Positions 60,237 through 64,000 of a DNA stretch of 64,000 nucleotides are shown in pieces. Below the pieces are notes generated by a model, which was not told the origin of the DNA, did no database searches, and was given only the letters and a program-made list of their open reading frames with translations. The stretch is from Gemmatimonadales bacterium (GTDB lineage: Bacteria; Gemmatimonadota; Gemmatimonadetes; Gemmatimonadales; GWC2-71-9). Location: contig OZ252244.1 of the NCBI GenBank assembly GCA_965249575.1, positions 672,001-736,000 of the forward strand. Direction: 5' to 3'. A program made the position numbers and the translations under genes. Position 1 is the stretch's first letter. Each line of letters opens with the position of its first letter.

Positions 60237-60749
60237 TCACATAGTTTCGGCGGATACTTGGATGCGTGGGATCTTACCCGCCCGGTGATCCCGAGCCGCT
60301 TGCACGTAATGCGACCACGTGAGGGCGATACGGTCAGCCAACTGGTCGTCTACCGCACGGATCACTCGGCCCGGCACTCCCAGCACGAGCGATCCCGGCG
60401 GCACCTCGGTGCCCTCGGGAAGCACCGCGCCGGCACCGATTACCGAGCCGGTGCCAACGCGGACGTGGTTTAAGAGAATGGCCCCCATCCCCACCAGGCT
60501 GTCATCCTCTACGGTACAGCCGTGCAGGATGGCGCGGTGCCCTACCCCCACCCGCCGGCCAATCGTACAGGGTACCCCCGCATCCACGTGCACGACCGTG
60601 AGGTCCTGCAGGTTCGACTCCTCTCCGACCGTGATGGGTGCGGTGTCGCCTCGGACGACGCTGTTGTACCAGACACTCGAGTCGCGGCCGAGGGTCACGT
60701 CGCCGAGGACGATGGCGCCGGGCGCGATGAACGCGCTCGGGTGGATCAT
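60237..60749 (-). CDS. Gamma carbonic anhydrase family protein
   Basis: Hexapeptide repeats; RGD, NLQD and VGH..ILHGC motifs. Confidence 0.95.
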   Translation of the reverse strand: MIHPSAFIAPGAIVLGDVTLGRDSSVWYNSVVRGDTAPITVGEESNLQDLTVVHVDAGVPCTIGRRVGVGHRAILHGCTVEDDSLVGMGAILLNHVRVGTGSVIGAGAVLPEGTEVPPGSLVLGVPGRVIRAVDDQLADRIALTWSHYVQAARDHRAGKIPRIQVSAETM

Positions 60750-60753
60750 GGAA

Positions 60754-62709
60754 TCAGGGCCGACGACCCGGTCTGAAGACCTGCTCGAAATAGGCAGTGA
60801 CCGGCCGCCCCCCCTTTTGGGCAGGGTTGTAGGAAAGCCTTCGCGCGAAATCGACGGCCAAGAGCGTAAACTGCGGGCTATCCGACCGCTGCTTGATCTG
60901 CACCGTTTCGGCGCGACCGGCGGGCGACACCTTGATAACGAGGATCACGTCGGTTGGCCGCCCCTCGATGTTGGCGCTCAGCGGGACCAGGGGAGCAGCA
61001 TTGGGCACCGGACGCTGGTCGAAACAGGTCCCGTCACGATTGTACGCGTCGCCATAGCCGGTGCAGGTCGTCGCGACCGCTGTAGGATCCGGTTCCTCGA
61101 GGCGCACCATGCTCACGGCGAACGCGGTCTCCCCTCCACGACGCACGTTCACCGTCCCGACGAAGTTCTCGTACCCGTTGGCGAGCACCTCCAGCTTATG
61201 AGACCCCGGACCGACTGTTAGCGGATCCCCACGCTTGGTCTCGCCATCGATCCGAACGCGAGCCCCTCTGGGGACCCCGGTCAAGCGGAGCGTGCCCGTG
61301 TCGGGGAGATCCGCCGCCCCGCCTCCAGCTGCCGGATCGACCGCTGCCACAGCCGCGGAGTCCGAAACGGAATCGGTCGGCAACTCCACGGAATCGGCGT
61401 TGGCGAGGAGGAGCGAATCGCCGGAAGCCGCAGAATCCGCCACCACCGGCGCGTCGGTTCCCGCGCCTCCGGAGGAGAGCAGCGAAACGGGAAACCCCGT
61501 TCGCAGGTTGTTGTGATAGTAGTAGTACCCCCCCGCACCCCCACCTCCCAACACAACCAGGGTGAGTAGGCCGGCCAGGACACCACTCCGCTTCTTTGCA
61601 CGGCGGGGCGGCGGGTCCGCGCGGGGAATCGGTGTCGTCGGGGTCGTGGGCGATGTGACCAACCCCTGACTCGAACTTGGCATGGCCGGTGCGGACCGAG
61701 GCAGTGTTCCTCCGTCACCAGCCCGGAACCGCATGGTCTTGGCCGTCGCAACCGCGGGCCCACCCTCGAGCGCCTCCACCAACTGCTCGGCATCCTGAAA
61801 TCGGTCGTCGGGCGTCTTCGCCATCATGCGCCGGATGATGACGAACAAATCCTCCTGCTCGACGGTCTGGAGCGGAGGAATCGGCACCTCCTCCATGATG
61901 TGCTTGTAACCGATCGAGAAGGAATCCTCCCCATCAAAGGGCACCTTGCCCGTCAGGCATTGGTATGCGACGACTCCCATGGAATAGATGTCACTCCGGC
62001 CGTCGAGCGGGTGAGCACGGGCTTGTTCCGGGCTCATGTAGTGGGGGATACCGATTGACATGCCGGTCCCGGTGAGCTTCGTACCAGTGGCGGCCTTCGC
62101 GATGCCGAAGTCGGTCACAATGGCGTGCCCGAGCTCATCGTACATGATGTTGTCGGGTTTGATGTCTCGATGCACGATGTCATGCTGGTGCGCGTAGCCA
62201 AGGGCCCTTGCCGTTTCCGTGAGCAGGCGCCGAATCTCCCCGGGGGCGATCGCGCTTCGCTCCTCGATGATCGACGAGAGCGACTGTCCGCGCAGCAACT
62301 TCATCACGAAGAAAATGACGCGGCCGGTCTTACCGACTCGGTAAATCGGAATGATGTTGGGGTGTTCGAGCTTCGCCGCGGTGCGTGCCTCTCGCTGAAA
62401 GCGCTCGACGAATTCCGAGTCGAAAGCCAGCGAGAACGGGAGGACTTTCAGCGCGACCAGGCGGTCGAGTTGCCGGTCGCGGGCCTTGAACACGATGGCC
62501 ATTCCACCCCGACCGAGCTCGTCGAGAACGTCGTATTCGGCCTTGAGAGCATCTTTGACCATTTCGGTGTCGCTCTTCTCGGAGGCGCCCGCCTCATCCC
62601 CACCAGCCGCATGGGCCCCATGCGGAGTGGCGGATGCCAAATCGAGTCCGCAGGAGGGACAGAACTTTGCGGTCGTCTGAACTTCAGTGCCGCACCGCGA
62701 ACAAAACAT
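60754..62709 (-). CDS. Membrane Ser/Thr protein kinase: Zn ribbon-kinase-TM-PEGA-TonB-C-like
   Basis: MFCSRCG..FCPSCG, GRGGM, HRDIKPDN, DFG and YMSPE motifs; one TM helix; PEGA-like segment; PAQKGGRPV. Confidence 0.9.
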   Translation of the reverse strand: MFCSRCGTEVQTTAKFCPSCGLDLASATPHGAHAAGGDEAGASEKSDTEMVKDALKAEYDVLDELGRGGMAIVFKARDRQLDRLVALKVLPFSLAFDSEFVERFQREARTAAKLEHPNIIPIYRVGKTGRVIFFVMKLLRGQSLSSIIEERSAIAPGEIRRLLTETARALGYAHQHDIVHRDIKPDNIMYDELGHAIVTDFGIAKAATGTKLTGTGMSIGIPHYMSPEQARAHPLDGRSDIYSMGVVAYQCLTGKVPFDGEDSFSIGYKHIMEEVPIPPLQTVEQEDLFVIIRRMMAKTPDDRFQDAEQLVEALEGGPAVATAKTMRFRAGDGGTLPRSAPAMPSSSQGLVTSPTTPTTPIPRADPPPRRAKKRSGVLAGLLTLVVLGGGGAGGYYYYHNNLRTGFPVSLLSSGGAGTDAPVVADSAASGDSLLLANADSVELPTDSVSDSAAVAAVDPAAGGGAADLPDTGTLRLTGVPRGARVRIDGETKRGDPLTVGPGSHKLEVLANGYENFVGTVNVRRGGETAFAVSMVRLEEPDPTAVATTCTGYGDAYNRDGTCFDQRPVPNAAPLVPLSANIEGRPTDVILVIKVSPAGRAETVQIKQRSDSPQFTLLAVDFARRLSYNPAQKGGRPVTAYFEQVFRPGRRP

Positions 62710-63005
62710 CCAAAGCCTCACCGAGAATTGCGAACTTACGGAGCCCAAACAACTGACGTCAAGCGACTTAGCCATTCGGCAGCACGATTCGCCGGTCCCG
62801 CTCCGTGACCTCCGTCACTCGCCGCGAAACGCGTTGCGCAAACGACCCCCTTCTGCACCCGAGGGGCCAGCTAACACGCGCGCACGACTCCCCTGTCGTC
62901 GGCGATTCAGGCCAACGGCGGGGGGTCTCTAGGGTATCGGTATCAAGGACCGTGCCCTTGAACGGAAATCGAGTTAACTTATTGGGGGGTAGTGATTTGA
63001 ACGAC

Positions 63006-64000
63006 CTAGAATGACGGTCCAAACGCCACGTAAAGCCGTGTGTCGCCGCGATCCGCTCCGAGTCCGCCGCGAAGTGCAGTAGCACCACCGAGCCTCACCC
63101 GGAGCGCCTGTTAGTCCGACCCAAAATCCACCACCAGCTCAGCCCCGGCAGCTCGGAACGCGGTTGGCCGGCTGACGTCCCCCGCCTGCCACCCACCCCC
63201 GATTTCGCCAAAAACGCTCAGAGAAACGCGATCGAGCGCCACCGGAAGCTTCCAAATCCCGCGCCCGAGCAGCAGGAGCGGTACGCGGGCTTCGACCACC
63301 GCCGTCACCACTCTGGTGAATCGCAGGCGGTTCGACGGGTAGCCTCTCAGCGGAAAACCTCGCTTGCCGCTTCCGATACTCAGCCCGGGTACGACCGGGA
63401 CCGTGCCCCCCGATTCCCCACCCAGAGCGAAACGTCGGGCCACTGCCCCCCCGGATACCGCACCCGCGACTCTTGCCGCCAGCACCCAACGCGCGAAACC
63501 GGGCAGAGACAAGGCGCCGTAGCCACTCACGGCACCTCGGAATTCGTACGACCAAGCCGCCCCACCCGGCTCCCAACGCCGCCGGTACAGGGCGGCAATC
63601 GCGACGCCGTTCTCGGGTGAAACGCTCAGCACCGGTCGCTCGAATTGCCGGACTCGCGCCGAGAGCACGGCACCCACCAACAGCGGGTCATTGGAGCGGT
63701 ATCCGCTCGTGCCCACGTCAAAGAACGCATCGCGCCCGACCTCCGCCCCGAGACGGCCTGAAATCCTGGAGCGCCAGCGCCGCCAGCGCGCCGTGAGCCC
63801 GACCTGGGCTCGCCGCTCGCGCTCGGCAAGAATCACCGACTGCCCCTGGGGCGCTACCGACCCCCCTCCCGAGCCCCAAAACCTGGCTTAGTGCCCCGTC
63901 GAGGCTGAGGGCCCGCCAGCGTGCATGCGTAACTGAGAACTGGCTGACCCAACGACCGTTTTCTGGAGCGACCAAACCAAAGGCGGTGTAGGACGTCCGG
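63006..64000 (-). CDS. Omp85/BamA-like beta-barrel protein C-terminal part (5' truncated; frameshift and in-frame stop)
   Basis: FPLRGY and GAELVVD motifs. Reading through TAA 63111-63113 gives ...RLYVAFGPSF* with a terminal Phe beta-signal. Frameshift at about 63880. Confidence 0.75.

Noticed and set aside
1..64000. CRISPR arrays, tRNA/rRNA, IS elements, integrases
   Set aside because: No repeat-spacer arrays, cloverleaf motifs, transposase or recombinase ORFs found by inspection.

Overview
GC-rich bacterial chromosomal segment. Gene content and order (TolC/MFP/four FtsX-type permeases-bshB1-iscS-mnmA; ffs-dnaX-ybaB-recR-mglBA-pgsA-cinA; Zn-ribbon Ser/Thr kinase; nrdJ-ispG) suggest Gemmatimonadota (inference, no search run). 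It is mostly housekeeping: dinB, msrPQ, iscS-mnmA, pdxH, grpE-dnaJ, dnaX/recR, SRP RNA, pyk, cobB, ispG, class II RNR. I saw no tRNA/rRNA, CRISPR array, transposase or prophage. Best leads: (1) a dense cluster of about 11 degenerate DnaA-box-like 9-mers between ispG and cobB (candidate oriC or DnaA-titration site); (2) an uncharacterised glycosyltransferase / HprK-like kinase / putative nucleotidyltransferase cluster; (3) a short HicB-like gene coupled to a non-HicA-looking partner; (4) MglB-MglA with an insertion of about 30 aa in MglA; (5) an M20 hydrolase with a remodelled active site; (6) an SRP RNA with a non-canonical helix-8 loop. Caveat: the window has many frameshifts, short tandem duplications and apparent fusions of gene fragments (about 15.5, 15.9, 21.3, 22.8 and 50.9 kb). 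These probably reflect sequencing or assembly error, so pseudogene calls and single-base oddities need read-level checks.
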